A DNA stretch of 64,000 nt from Mycobacterium sp. (GTDB lineage Bacteria > Actinomycetota > Actinomycetes > Mycobacteriales > Mycobacteriaceae), in contig CBDDIY010000010.1 of assembly GCA_965229265.1 (NCBI GenBank), forward strand, positions 1,974,045-2,038,044. The letters run 5' to 3'. This document shows, piece after piece, positions 1 to 10,018 of this stretch. The notes beneath the pieces are model-generated. The model saw only the letters and a program-made list of their open reading frames with translations, did no database searches and had not been told where the DNA came from. Numbering within the stretch: the stretch's first letter is position 1; the number at the start of each line of letters is the position of its first letter. The position numbers were made by a program, and so were the translations under genes.

Positions 1-1
1 C

Positions 2-727
2 GGGATCGCGGCGCTGGGTCATCTGGCGCGCTGGCCGCTACCGGTTCCGGCCGGGGCACCGCCGCCCGACGATCGCCGCACCCAGCGGTGGTCGACGCCG
101 ACGGTGTGGGACGCCCCCACCGCGTTCGAGCTGCTCGCCGACTACGGCATCCCGGTGACGCGGTCGCGGGTCGCGCGCGATGTCACCGAAGCGCTGGCCG
201 CCGCGGAGGCCGTCGGGTACCCGGTGGCGGTGAAGACCCTTGGCGCCCAACACAAGAGCGATGTCGACGGGGTGATCCTCGATGTCGCCGATCAGGAATC
301 GGTGCGGAGCGCCTACCGCAGTATCGCCGAGCGGCTGGGGCCCGAGGTCAGCATCGACGCGATGGCTCCTGCCGGAGTGGAGATCTCGGTCGGGATGGTG
401 CGCGACGAGAACTTCGGGCCGCTGATCGTCGTAGCCGCCGGTGGCACGCTGGTGGAGTTGCTGGCCGACCGCGCGGTGGCCTGTCCGCCACTGACCCGGG
501 AGTCGGCATGCGCGATGCTGAGGTCGTTGCGCACCGCCCCGCAGCTGGCGGGGTGGCGTGGCGCGCCGCCGGTCAACATCGACGCGCTTGCGGATGTGAT
601 CGTCGGATTCGCCCAACTGGCAATCGAACTCGGCGAGCACCTCGACGCAGTGGAGGCAAATCCGGTCATCGCCTCCCCCACCGGTGTGGTGGCCGTCGAC
701 GCATTGGTGATACCGCGCGGCCGTTAG
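2..727 (+). CDS. Acetate/acyl-CoA ligase (ADP-forming) family, C-terminal ATP-grasp domain; 5' partial
   Basis: Frame open from the window edge; YGIPV...GYPVAVK...HKSDVDGV, VRDENFGPLIVVAAGG and EANPVI motifs are typical of the ATP-grasp_5 domain. Confidence 0.85.
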   Translation, partial: GIAALGHLARWPLPVPAGAPPPDDRRTQRWSTPTVWDAPTAFELLADYGIPVTRSRVARDVTEALAAAEAVGYPVAVKTLGAQHKSDVDGVILDVADQESVRSAYRSIAERLGPEVSIDAMAPAGVEISVGMVRDENFGPLIVVAAGGTLVELLADRAVACPPLTRESACAMLRSLRTAPQLAGWRGAPPVNIDALADVIVGFAQLAIELGEHLDAVEANPVIASPTGVVAVDALVIPRGR

Positions 728-1818
728 GCGGGAAGGGCCGCTGCCGGGTTGTCCAGTAGCGGGGCGAACGCCAACTCGGCCGCCCCGATCATCAGCACCT
801 CCGCACCCAGTGTCGCGGGCACGACCCGCACCAGTTCGTGCGCCGCGCGCAGGCTGTGCCGGGCCATCTCGGCGGACAGTACGTCGCCGGCCAGCTCGGG
901 GAACACCCGCAGGAAGCCACCGAGCACGATCAGTCCCGGGTTGAGCATGTTGACCGCGTTGCCCAGTGCGATCCCCAGATACCGCGCCTGCCCTTCGACG
1001 CTCGTGCCGGTCTGGCTGACCTGAGTCTCCAGGCAGCCGACATTGCCGCAGTGGCAGTGTCCGTCGCCGCCGACGTAGGTGTGGCCGAGTTCGCCGGCGT
1101 AACCGGCCAGTCCGTGCAGCGGTTCGCCGGCCACCACGAACCCCGCACCGATGCCGCCGGCACCGCCGTTGACGTAGATCATGTGGTCGGCATTGTGATG
1201 ACGGCCGAAGATGTGTTCGGCGATGGCTCCGGCGTTGGCGTCGTTGGCGGCGAACACCGGCAGACCCGTCGCCACCGTGAGCAGCTGGCCGAAGTCGGCG
1301 TCATGCCACTCCAGGTGCGGCGCCAGCTGTACCGCCGAGCCGCCGTGCACCAGCCCCGGTACCGCGGCACCGATCGCGACGATGCTGCATCCCGGCTCCA
1401 GCTCCGAGCGCAGCTGTTCGACGGCGCCCGCCGCGATGGCCACCGCGGCTTCGGCGGTGGGTGCACCGTCGGTGGGATAGCGCCGTGTCGCCAGCACCAT
1501 GCCACCCAGCCCAACCAAACCCACTGTGATGGCGTCGATTTCGGGGTTGACGGCGACGCACAAAGTCTTGGCCTGCGGACACACGATCGGGCTCGGGCGG
1601 CCGACCTGGGTGGCCGGCGCGGCCTGGACCTCGGCGACCAGGCCGAGCGCGACCAGTTCCTCGACCAGATCCTTGACGGTGGAGCGGGACAACCCGGTCC
1701 GGCGGGTCAGCTCGGCACGGCTGAGCGCCCGATGCCGGTGGACGAGGGTCAACACTCCGGACAGGTTTCGCCGCCGGACATCGTCGGTGCTGGTGCCGAT
1801 TCTCGCTGCACGGGTCAC
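724..1818 (-). CDS. xylR: ROK-family xylose repressor
   Basis: N-terminal HTH (LSRAELTRRTGLSRSTV), ROK motifs NDANAGAIAE and GELGH..C.CG..GCLE; divergent from xylA; GTG start chosen from the upstream AAGGTGG RBS. Confidence 0.85.
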   Translation of the reverse strand: MTRAARIGTSTDDVRRRNLSGVLTLVHRHRALSRAELTRRTGLSRSTVKDLVEELVALGLVAEVQAAPATQVGRPSPIVCPQAKTLCVAVNPEIDAITVGLVGLGGMVLATRRYPTDGAPTAEAAVAIAAGAVEQLRSELEPGCSIVAIGAAVPGLVHGGSAVQLAPHLEWHDADFGQLLTVATGLPVFAANDANAGAIAEHIFGRHHNADHMIYVNGGAGGIGAGFVVAGEPLHGLAGYAGELGHTYVGGDGHCHCGNVGCLETQVSQTGTSVEGQARYLGIALGNAVNMLNPGLIVLGGFLRVFPELAGDVLSAEMARHSLRAAHELVRVVPATLGAEVLMIGAAELAFAPLLDNPAAALPA

Positions 1819-1863
1819 CAGAGCCACCTTTCCGCTTTTCGGCCCGCCTGCCGGCCACAAGCA

Positions 1864-1906
1864 TTGACAGTGGCGCACGCCACATCTTATGTTCGGAATT
1901 AGAACA
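1864..1906 (+). promoter_or_regulatory. SigA-type promoter for xylA with overlapping palindromic XylR operator
   Basis: TTGACA (1864-1869), N18, TATGTT (1888-1893); inverted repeat TGTTC-N7-GAACA (1890-1906) overlaps the -10 element. Confidence 0.65.
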
Positions 1907-1927
1907 AATCTAGGTCAGGAGTTCGCC

Positions 1928-3148
1928 ATGTCCGTCCTCGAGTCGAGTGCCCCCGCCGCGGAGCTGACCGCCCAGCCGTCCGACAAGTTCTCCTTCGGCC
2001 TGTGGACCGTCGGATGGACGGCCAACGACCCGTTCGGGGTCGCCACCCGCCCACCCCTGGATGCAGTCGAGGCGGTCGAACGCCTCGCCGAGCTCGGCGC
2101 GTACGGACTGACGTTCCACGACGACGACCTGTTCCCGTTCGGCTGCACCGAGGACGAGCGCCGACGCGCCATCGATCGACTCACCGCCGCACTGCGGGCC
2201 ACCGGCCTCGTCGTACCCATGGTCACCACCAACCTGTTCACCCAACCCGTCTTCAAAGACGGCGCGTTCACCAGCAACGATCGCGCGGTCCGGCGGTTTG
2301 CGCTACGCAAGACCCTGCGCAACATCGACCTGGCCGCCGAGCTGGGCGCCCAGACGTTCGTGCTCTGGGGCGGTCGGGAGGGCAGCGAGTACGACAGCGC
2401 CAAGGACGTCCGGGCCGCGCTGGAGCGCTACCGCGAGGCAATGGACCTGCTGTGCCAGTACGTGCTGGACAACGACTACACCCTGCGGTTCGCCATCGAA
2501 CCCAAGCCCAACGAGCCCCGTGGCGACATCCTGCTGCCGACTGTCGGGCACGCTCTGGCATTCATCGAGACCCTGGCCCAGCCGCACCTGGTCGGCGTCA
2601 ACCCGGAGACCGGGCACGAACAGATGGCCGGACTCAACTTCATGCACGGCATCAGCCAGGCGCTCTACAGCGGCAAGCTGTTCCACATCGACCTCAATGG
2701 TCAGCGCGGCATCAAGTTCGACCAGGACCTCGTGTTCGGGCACGGCGATCTGGCCAATGCGTTCGCCCTCGTGGACCTCCTGGAGAACGGCGGACCGGAC
2801 GGATCGCCCGCCTACACCGGCCCGCGACACTTCGACTACAAGCCCAGCCGGACCGAGGACATCGAGGGCGTCTGGACATCGGCGGCGGCCAACATGCGGA
2901 TGTACCTGCTGCTCAGGGAGCGCGCGACGGCGTTCCGCGCCGACCCCGAGGTCGCCGAGGCCCTGGCCGCGGCCCGGGTAGACGAGTTACGCACGCCCAC
3001 CCTCAACCCCGGGGAGACCTACCGGGACCTGTTGTCAGACCGCTCCGCCTACGAGGACTTCGACGCCGAATCCTATTTCGGTGGAAAGGGTTTCGGATTC
3101 GTGCGGTTGCAGCAGCTGGCGGTCGAGCACCTCATGGGTGCTCGATGA
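1928..3148 (+). CDS. xylA: Xylose isomerase (actinobacterial class I)
   Basis: [57 protein letters not shown] and HFDYKP motifs; AGGAG RBS. Confidence 0.96.
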   Translation: MSVLESSAPAAELTAQPSDKFSFGLWTVGWTANDPFGVATRPPLDAVEAVERLAELGAYGLTFHDDDLFPFGCTEDERRRAIDRLTAALRATGLVVPMVTTNLFTQPVFKDGAFTSNDRAVRRFALRKTLRNIDLAAELGAQTFVLWGGREGSEYDSAKDVRAALERYREAMDLLCQYVLDNDYTLRFAIEPKPNEPRGDILLPTVGHALAFIETLAQPHLVGVNPETGHEQMAGLNFMHGISQALYSGKLFHIDLNGQRGIKFDQDLVFGHGDLANAFALVDLLENGGPDGSPAYTGPRHFDYKPSRTEDIEGVWTSAAANMRMYLLLRERATAFRADPEVAEALAAARVDELRTPTLNPGETYRDLLSDRSAYEDFDAESYFGGKGFGFVRLQQLAVEHLMGAR

Positions 3149-3201
3149 CCCCGACAAGCGCCACCACCCCGGACGTGACGCACCGAAGGAAGGCGATCGA
3201 C

Positions 3202-4269
3202 ATGAAGACACTGCGCGCCCTGACGTTCGCCGTGGTGGCCTGCACCGCGCTGACGCTGACCGCCTGCGGGGGCGGGGGCAGTGGCGGCGGACAGGCCCAG
3301 AACGGCAAGATCGGCGTGATCCTTCCCGACACCAAGTCCTCGGTGCGCTGGGAGACCAAGGACCGCCCCGCACTGGAGGCCGCGTTCACCGCCGCTGGAA
3401 TCCCGTATTCGATCCAGAACGCCGAGGGCTCGGCCGACAAGATGGCGACGATCGCCGACGGCATGATCGCCGACGGTGTCACCGTGCTGGCCATCGTCAA
3501 CCTCGACTCCGACAGCGGCGCGGCCATCCAGCAGAAGGCGGCCACGCAGGGGGTCAAGACTATCGACTACGACCGGCTGACGCTGGGCGGCTCGGCCGAT
3601 GCCTACATCTCCTTCGACGGCACCAAGGTCGGTGAGCTTCAGGGTCAGGGCCTGGTCGACTGCCTGGCGGGCAAACCGTCGAATGTGTTGTTCCTCAACG
3701 GTTCTCCTACCGACAACAACGCGACGCTGTTCACCACCGGGGCCCACTCGGTCGTCGACAAGACCCCGTCGATCACCATCACCGGCGAGCAGGCGGTGCC
3801 GGACTGGGACAACGACAAGGCGGTCACCATCTTCGAACAGATGTACACCGCCGCCGACGGCAAGGTCGACGGCGTATACGCCGCCAACGACGGGCTGGCC
3901 GGATCGGTGATCTCGATCCTGCAGAAGAACCACCGCGCCGGGCAGGTGGCCGTCACCGGCCAGGACGCCACCGTCGAAGGGCTGCAGAACATCCTGGCCG
4001 GCACCCAGTGCATGACGGTGTACAAGTCGGCCACCGAGGAGGCCAACGCGCTCGCCGACGCCGCCATCGCGTTGGTCAAGGGCAGCCAGCCCAAGACCAA
4101 CTCAACCTCGCGCGACGACAAGGGCAAGCGCGATGTGCCCTCGGTTCTGCTGACCCCGAAGTCGATCACCAAGGACACCGTCGGTCAGGTATTCGCCGAC
4201 CAGGGCCAGTCCAAGGACGAGGTGTGTACCGGGCAGTTCGCCGCCATGTGCAGTGCAGCCGGGTTGTAG
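3202..4269 (+). CDS. xylF: Sugar (xylose) ABC transporter substrate-binding lipoprotein
   Basis: Lipobox LTAC; XylF-like motifs RWETKDR, YDRL, YAANDGLA, VTGQDA, TVYK; follows xylA. Confidence 0.88.
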   Translation: MKTLRALTFAVVACTALTLTACGGGGSGGGQAQNGKIGVILPDTKSSVRWETKDRPALEAAFTAAGIPYSIQNAEGSADKMATIADGMIADGVTVLAIVNLDSDSGAAIQQKAATQGVKTIDYDRLTLGGSADAYISFDGTKVGELQGQGLVDCLAGKPSNVLFLNGSPTDNNATLFTTGAHSVVDKTPSITITGEQAVPDWDNDKAVTIFEQMYTAADGKVDGVYAANDGLAGSVISILQKNHRAGQVAVTGQDATVEGLQNILAGTQCMTVYKSATEEANALADAAIALVKGSQPKTNSTSRDDKGKRDVPSVLLTPKSITKDTVGQVFADQGQSKDEVCTGQFAAMCSAAGL

Positions 4270-4275
4270 GCCACC

Positions 4276-5052
4276 ATGCCCGAACCCATCCTCGAGCTAC
4301 GGGCCGTCAACAAGAGTTTCGGTGTCGTGCACGTACTTCACGACGTCGACTTCCAGGTGTATCCCGGCGAGGTGACCGCGTTGGTCGGCGATAACGGCGC
4401 CGGGAAATCGACCCTGGTGAAGACGATCGCCGGAATCCACCCGATCGACAGCGGCAGCTACCTGTTCGAGGGCAGGGCGGTCACCGTGCATGGCCCCAAT
4501 GACGTTGCAGCCCTGGGTATCGAGGTCGTCTACCAGGACCTGGCACTGTGCGACAACCTCGACATCGTGCAGAACATGTTCCTCGGGCGGGAGATCATCC
4601 GACGCGGTGTACTCGACGAGGCACGGATGGAGACCCTGGCCCGTGAGGCGTTGACTTCGCTGTCGGTGCGCACCATGGCCTCGGTACGCCAGACGGTCTC
4701 GAGTCTGTCCGGTGGCCAACGCCAGACCGTTGCCATCGCCAAGTCGGTGCTGTGGAACTCCAAGGTGGTGTTGCTCGACGAGCCGACCGCCGCCCTGGGG
4801 GTGGCCCAGACCCGCCAGGTGATCGACCTCGTGCGCCGGCTGGCCGATCAGGGTTTGGGCGTCGTGCTCATCTCACACAACCTGGCCGACGTCTTCGAGG
4901 TCGCCGACCGGATCTGCGTGCTGTACCTGGGCCGGGTCGCGGCCGAAGTCATGACCTCGGAGGTCACCCACAGCCAGGTCGTCGAACTCATCACCGCCGG
5001 TCGTTCGGGCAGCCTCGGGCTCGCCCCGGCCGAGGCCGCTCAGTCGATGTGA
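4276..5052 (+). CDS. xylG: Sugar ABC transporter ATP-binding protein
   Basis: Walker A GDNGAGKST, signature LSGGQRQ, Walker B LLDEP. Confidence 0.9.
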   Translation: MPEPILELRAVNKSFGVVHVLHDVDFQVYPGEVTALVGDNGAGKSTLVKTIAGIHPIDSGSYLFEGRAVTVHGPNDVAALGIEVVYQDLALCDNLDIVQNMFLGREIIRRGVLDEARMETLAREALTSLSVRTMASVRQTVSSLSGGQRQTVAIAKSVLWNSKVVLLDEPTAALGVAQTRQVIDLVRRLADQGLGVVLISHNLADVFEVADRICVLYLGRVAAEVMTSEVTHSQVVELITAGRSGSLGLAPAEAAQSM

Positions 5053-5063
5053 AGGAACACCGG

Positions 5064-6341
5064 ATGACCACTGTGAGCCCCAAACCCAAAACCGAACTCG
5101 CGGAGTCGGATTTCGCCGCCGACGCGCGCTCGGAGGAGACCTTCTTCGATGCCGCGCGCGGCTACGCCCGACGGGTCCGCGGCGGGGACATGGGATCACT
5201 GCCCGCGGTGCTGGGGCTCATCGTGTTGTTCGTCGTGTTCGGGTTGGCCAACGAGCGGTTCACCTCCGCGCTCAACCTGGCCAACCTGGTCACCCAGGCC
5301 GGTTCCATCTGCGTGCTGGCCATGGGGTTGGTGTTCGTGCTGCTGCTCGGCGACATCGACCTGTCGGCGGGAGTGGCCGGCGGAGTGTCGGCATGTGCGA
5401 TGGCCTTGGCGATCGCCGGCCACGGCTGGCCGTGGTGGGCGGGTGTGCTCGCCGGGGTGGTATCCGGCGCGCTGATCGGGCTCGTCATCGGCATGCTGCG
5501 GGCCAAGCTCGGGATCCCGTCTTTCGTTGTGACACTTGCCTTCTTCCTCGGGCTCCAGGGGGTGACCCTCAAGCTGATCGGCGAAGGCGGATCGGTTCGG
5601 GTGGACGACCCCGTCATCCGCGGTATCACGATCAGCAACATGTCGGTGCCGGCGGGCTGGGTCTGTGCGGTGCTGATCGTCGTCGGTTTCGCCGCGCTCG
5701 AGTTCTACCGCTACCGCAGCAAGGTGGCCCTGGGCCTGCACCATGCACCGTTGGGTGTGGTGGCGACGCGCACCGCCGCGGTGGCGGCGGTCATCGTCGG
5801 GGTCACCTACCTGATGAACGTCAACCGCAGCGTCAACCCCCGCGTCGAGATCCGCGGAGTGCCCTATGTACTCCCGCTTGTCGCGGTGCTGCTGATCGCG
5901 TGCACGTTCGCCCTCACCCGCACCGCCTACGGCAGGCACATCTATGCCGTCGGGGGTAACGCCGAAGCCGCCCGTCGTGCCGGCATCAGTGTCGACCGGA
6001 TCCGGATTTCGGTGTTCGTGGTCTGCTCGTCGCTGGCGGCGCTCAGTGGGATCATCGCCGCGTCCTACGGTGGCAAGGTATCGGCGTCCTCCGGTGCGGG
6101 AAACACGCTGTTGTACGCGGTGGGCGCGGCGGTGATCGGCGGCACCAGTCTGTTCGGCGGACGGGGCCGAGCCCTGGACGCGGTCATCGGCGGCGTGGTG
6201 GTGGCGACGATCGCCAACGGGCTCGGCCTGCTCAACCAGTCGTCGTACATCAACTTCCTGGTCACCGGCGCAGTGCTGCTGCTGGCGGCAAGCGTCGATG
6301 CCATCTCCCGGCGGCGTCGCTCAGCGACGGGCGTGGGCTGA
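5064..6341 (+). CDS. xylH: Sugar ABC transporter permease
   Basis: Multi-TM; IDLSAG, IPSFVVTLA, YAVGGNAEAARRAGI, VIGGTSLFGGRG motifs; AAGGA RBS. Confidence 0.9.
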   Translation: MTTVSPKPKTELAESDFAADARSEETFFDAARGYARRVRGGDMGSLPAVLGLIVLFVVFGLANERFTSALNLANLVTQAGSICVLAMGLVFVLLLGDIDLSAGVAGGVSACAMALAIAGHGWPWWAGVLAGVVSGALIGLVIGMLRAKLGIPSFVVTLAFFLGLQGVTLKLIGEGGSVRVDDPVIRGITISNMSVPAGWVCAVLIVVGFAALEFYRYRSKVALGLHHAPLGVVATRTAAVAAVIVGVTYLMNVNRSVNPRVEIRGVPYVLPLVAVLLIACTFALTRTAYGRHIYAVGGNAEAARRAGISVDRIRISVFVVCSSLAALSGIIAASYGGKVSASSGAGNTLLYAVGAAVIGGTSLFGGRGRALDAVIGGVVVATIANGLGLLNQSSYINFLVTGAVLLLAASVDAISRRRRSATGVG

Positions 6342-6357
6342 GCACACCCGCTCAGAA

Positions 6358-6705
6358 TCAGAAGATGGCGTAGGCCTTGCGCAGGGTTTCGTGGATCACC
6401 CAGGTGCCGGTCCAGCCCAGCGGGAAGACGGCCAGATCGCCGGCGCCGACCTCGCTGGGTTCGCCGCCGTCGGGGGTGACGGTCATCCGGCCGGAGACCA
6501 CATAGATGACCTCGTTGGTCTCGAGTGTCCAATGCGACGGACCGGGCTCGCACTGCCAGATGCCACCGGACTTTTCCCCGTCGGCCCACACCTCAAGGCC
6601 GTGGGTTGCCATCGGGTGGTCGGTGGCCTCCTCCAGCGGACCCCAGTCCTCCAGTTCGGCGTCGGCGGCATTGGCCAGGACGGCGGTGAGCACAGCAGCG
6701 GTCAT
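6358..6705 (-). CDS. Cupin_3 (DUF861/EutQ-like) protein
   Basis: GIWQCEPGP..W...NEVIYVVSGR.TVTPDGG...VGAGD..VFP.GWTGTW pattern. Confidence 0.85.
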   Translation of the reverse strand: MTAAVLTAVLANAADAELEDWGPLEEATDHPMATHGLEVWADGEKSGGIWQCEPGPSHWTLETNEVIYVVSGRMTVTPDGGEPSEVGAGDLAVFPLGWTGTWVIHETLRKAYAIF

Positions 6706-6722
6706 TCGAAAACCCTTCGTTG

Positions 6723-7916
6723 TCAGGCGTGTTCGGGAAAAGGCAGGGAAATCGGCTCCGGCGTCAGGCGGCTGTTGCCGTCGGCGTCGAAACGGTCCAG
6801 TCCGAGGTCGGTCAGATCGAGCCAGCCGCACTCCCCGGTGAGGGTGAGGTCGGCGGCCGCCTCGGCAACCGCCGGGCCCCACATCATGCCGTGCCCGGCC
6901 GGGCTGGCCACCACCGTGCCGTCTATCGCACCGTCGTCGGTGAGCAACGGGCCCAGGATCGGCAGATGGTCGTTCGTGTAGTCGATCGTCGCGGCCCACG
7001 TGCGGCGCAGGCCCAAGCCACGCACCGGCGGAAAGAGCGCCTCGATGCGGGCGCGTGCCTTCTCGTAGTAGGCCCAGTCGAACTCGCTCGCCTCGCCCGG
7101 CTGCTCCTCGGGATTGCTCATCCCCCACAGCACGCCACCGAATTCCCCTGGCCGCCAATAGATTCCCTCGCTGACATCGAAGACCATCGGCAGGTCGTCG
7201 ATATCTGCACCGCGCAGCGGCTCGGTGACTACCACCTGGTGGCGGGTTCCCCCGGCCGGTATCCGGCCGCCGGCCCGCGCGCCGACATCGCCCAGCAGCG
7301 GCCCGCCGGTGAGTACCACCCGGCTGGTCTCGATGAGCCCGTCGGCGGTGTCGACACCGATGACGTGGCCGTTGGCCACCCGCAGGCCGGTGAAGGCGCA
7401 CCGCTCACGCACGACGACGTTGTGGGCGGTCAGCGCCGCGGCGTAGGCCAGCACGTTGCGCGGCGCGTTGATGTAGCCGTCGCCGGGCGCATAGGAACCG
7501 CCGAGCGTCACCCCCGGTGCCATCCCGGTGTCGCGGCCGTCGATGTCAGAGCCGGAGAGCCATTCCACGTCGAGTCCGAGCGTGCGCTGCAATGCGATCC
7601 GCTCGTGGGCCTGGGCCACCTCGGCCTCGGTGAAGCACGGCATCAGGTAGCCCTGTGCGACGAAGCCGCAGTCGAGTGGATAGCGCTCGCCGCTGGTGGC
7701 GTAGAACTGCTGGCTGCGCAGGCCGAGTCGGATGGCGGTCTCGGTGCCGCCCTGCGCGCGGACCATGCCCGAGGCGCGACTGCTGGCGCCGTCGCCGAGC
7801 GTCCGGGCCTCGAGCAGCACGACGCGGCCGGCGCCGCGCTCGGCAAGCTGTACCGCCGTCCAGGACCCGACGGTGCCACCACCGACCACCACGACGTCCG
7901 CACTGATGCTGGTCAT
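6723..7916 (-). CDS. FAD-dependent amine/amino-acid oxidoreductase (DAO/SoxB-like)
   Basis: VVVVGGGTVG dinucleotide fold, GASSRASG, DYTNDHLPILGP and GHGMMWGPAVA motifs. Confidence 0.85.
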   Translation of the reverse strand: MTSISADVVVVGGGTVGSWTAVQLAERGAGRVVLLEARTLGDGASSRASGMVRAQGGTETAIRLGLRSQQFYATSGERYPLDCGFVAQGYLMPCFTEAEVAQAHERIALQRTLGLDVEWLSGSDIDGRDTGMAPGVTLGGSYAPGDGYINAPRNVLAYAAALTAHNVVVRERCAFTGLRVANGHVIGVDTADGLIETSRVVLTGGPLLGDVGARAGGRIPAGGTRHQVVVTEPLRGADIDDLPMVFDVSEGIYWRPGEFGGVLWGMSNPEEQPGEASEFDWAYYEKARARIEALFPPVRGLGLRRTWAATIDYTNDHLPILGPLLTDDGAIDGTVVASPAGHGMMWGPAVAEAAADLTLTGECGWLDLTDLGLDRFDADGNSRLTPEPISLPFPEHA

Positions 7917-7935
7917 ACCTCAAGACGGTGGCATA

Positions 7936-7951
7936 GACTGAACGCTCAGTC
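7936..7951. promoter_or_regulatory. Palindromic TetR-type operator between divergent oxidase and ACAD genes
   Basis: GACTGA-ACGC-TCAGTC perfect 6-bp arms in the 66-nt divergent spacer. Confidence 0.55.
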
Positions 7952-7982
7952 AATAGCATCCAGGGAGCGGAGAACGCGGCGA

Positions 7983-9158
7983 ATGTACGGGTTGACAGCC
8001 GAAGACCTACGGATCCGGGACACCGCCCGCGAGTTCGTCGAGACCCTGATCCCCTATGAGGCCGAGGCCGAGGCCGCCGGCGGCCACCTACCCAAGGAAC
8101 TGACCGCCGCCCACCACGCCCGCGCCATCGAGCTGGGCCTGTACGCCACCAACATGCCCACATCGGTCGGCGGTCCGGGATTCACGGCGCTACAACAGGT
8201 TCTGGTCCAGGAGCAGGTCGGCCGGGTCACGAACGCAATCGCCTGGGTCATGCACACCCCGCCGCAGTGGTGGGCCGACGTGGCCACCGACTACCAGAAG
8301 CAACGCTGGCTGCTGCCCGCGGTGCGCGGCGAGAAGCACGAGGCCTACGCGATCACCGAGGAGTTCGCCGGCTCGGATGTCTCCGCGCTGGAGACCACCG
8401 CCCGCCTCGACGGTGACGAGTACGTCATCAACGGAATCAAGTGGCATGTCACGTCCTACAACCTCGCCGACTACGTCTTCGTCCAGGCCGTGCTGGTCGG
8501 CGGCGCGCACGAGGGCGACCACGTCTTGCTGGTCGTGGACCTGCCCTGGCCGGGCGTGGAAGTCGTACGCACACCGCACTATTCGCACAACATTCCCGAC
8601 GAGCACCCGATCGTGTCGTTCACCGACGTCCGGGTGCCGGTCAGCCATCTGGTCGGCGCCGAGGGTGAGGGCATGACGTTCACCCAGGACTGGTTCCGTT
8701 TCGAGCGCCTCATGGTCGCATCCCGCTGCGTGGGTGCCGCGCAACGGCTGGTCGACGAGGTGACCGCGTTCGCCAAGGATCGGATCGTCGATGGCAAGCC
8801 GCTCGGCGAGCACCAGCTGGTGGCCGGCATGCTCGCCGACAGCGCCACCGAACTCTTCGCCGCCCGCAGCCTGCTCTACGAGGTAGCTCGCGGCATCGAC
8901 GCCGGCCTGGACCGCAAGGCACTTCACGGTCAGGCGTCAATGGCCAAGCTGTACTGCTCGGAGATGGCCGGCCGGGTCGCCGATCGCGCCGTGCAGATCT
9001 TCGGCGGCCGCGGTTACATGCGCGAGAACGTCGCCGAGCGGATGTTCCGCGAGCTGCGCGTCGAGCGGATCTGGGAGGGCGCCAGCGAGATTCAGCGCAT
9101 CATCATCGGCCGTCAGCTGATGCTGCGCGGCCCGCAGGCGGTGCTCGAACCGCACTGA
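7983..9158 (+). CDS. Acyl-CoA dehydrogenase
   Basis: AITEEFAGSDV, YVINGIKWHVT, ASMAKLYCSE, AVQIFGGRGY, RVERIWEGASEIQR motifs. Confidence 0.92.
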   Translation: MYGLTAEDLRIRDTAREFVETLIPYEAEAEAAGGHLPKELTAAHHARAIELGLYATNMPTSVGGPGFTALQQVLVQEQVGRVTNAIAWVMHTPPQWWADVATDYQKQRWLLPAVRGEKHEAYAITEEFAGSDVSALETTARLDGDEYVINGIKWHVTSYNLADYVFVQAVLVGGAHEGDHVLLVVDLPWPGVEVVRTPHYSHNIPDEHPIVSFTDVRVPVSHLVGAEGEGMTFTQDWFRFERLMVASRCVGAAQRLVDEVTAFAKDRIVDGKPLGEHQLVAGMLADSATELFAARSLLYEVARGIDAGLDRKALHGQASMAKLYCSEMAGRVADRAVQIFGGRGYMRENVAERMFRELRVERIWEGASEIQRIIIGRQLMLRGPQAVLEPH

Positions 9159-9159
9159 C

Positions 9160-10014
9160 TCACGGACCGACCGTGGAGTCGTTGGCCGACCCGCTGAGGT
9201 CCTGGCGGCGCAGCTGATGCCGCGGCGGATCGGGAAATGCCAGCCGTCGGGTCACGTTCAGGTCGGCGTCGACATGGATCAGCTCGCCGGCGTCGAGGAG
9301 CCGCCAGCGCGGGTCGTCGTCCATCGGCTCACTGGCGAACACCACCGAGCCGTGGCTCTGCAAATGGTCGCAACGGGCGTGGATTCGATGGGTGCGCAGA
9401 TCGAAAGTCCCTGCGGGATCGCGCCGGTCGAGCACATACAGCTGATGGGTGTCGGGGTAGCGCAACGCCCACACGTCGGTGGCGGTGCTCAGCAGGATGT
9501 TGACCGCGTATACGGGCAGGTGGTCGGCGACCCAGCCGACGGCGTCGACCAGTCCGGCGCTCACCTCTGCCCTGGCCGCCACCGATGCGGTGATCAGCGC
9601 GAAGATCCGCTCGGAGTCGGTCTGCCCCTTGACCAGCGCCGACACCCCGAGCGAGTCCAACCGCTCGTCCAGCGCGTCGAGCCCCTGCACGACACCGTTG
9701 TGCGCGAACAGCCGCCCGTCCTGCAGAAAGGGATGGGTGTTGACCACGTCGAGCGACCCGGTGGTGGCGTAGCGGACATGAGCCAGGAAGGTGGTGCCCG
9801 TCATCTGCTTTGCCTCGCAGGCAAATTCGCGGTCATGCCAGGCAGCCATCGGTTGTTTGCGAAGTTCGGGATGCCCCAGCTCGTCGAACACGCCCAGCCC
9901 GGTCCCGTCCGGGTTGCGCCGGCTCTGGGTGGCCAGGTTGTCCGGTGCGTCGAGCAGCCAGAACGTCGCGGTCACCGCGTTGCGACCGGCGTGCAGGCCG
10001 AACAGTCGACACAT
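9160..10014 (-). CDS. Class II glutamine amidotransferase (Rv1061-like)
   Basis: N-terminal MCRLFG (Cys2 nucleophile), HVRYAT, NTHPF, FAHNG, QTDSE; closely resembles recalled Rv1061. Confidence 0.88.
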   Translation of the reverse strand: MCRLFGLHAGRNAVTATFWLLDAPDNLATQSRRNPDGTGLGVFDELGHPELRKQPMAAWHDREFACEAKQMTGTTFLAHVRYATTGSLDVVNTHPFLQDGRLFAHNGVVQGLDALDERLDSLGVSALVKGQTDSERIFALITASVAARAEVSAGLVDAVGWVADHLPVYAVNILLSTATDVWALRYPDTHQLYVLDRRDPAGTFDLRTHRIHARCDHLQSHGSVVFASEPMDDDPRWRLLDAGELIHVDADLNVTRRLAFPDPPRHQLRRQDLSGSANDSTVGP

Positions 10015-10018
10015 CGTG

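Noticed and set aside
2002-4269. 755-aa ORF apparently fusing an N-terminal extension to xylF
   Set aside because: The N-terminal 400 codons are an off-frame shadow of xylA; the real start is the ATG at 3202 with RBS and lipoprotein signal.
6720-9158. 812-aa ORF upstream-extending the ACAD
   Set aside because: The extension is the antisense shadow of the oxidase gene; the ACAD starts at 7983.
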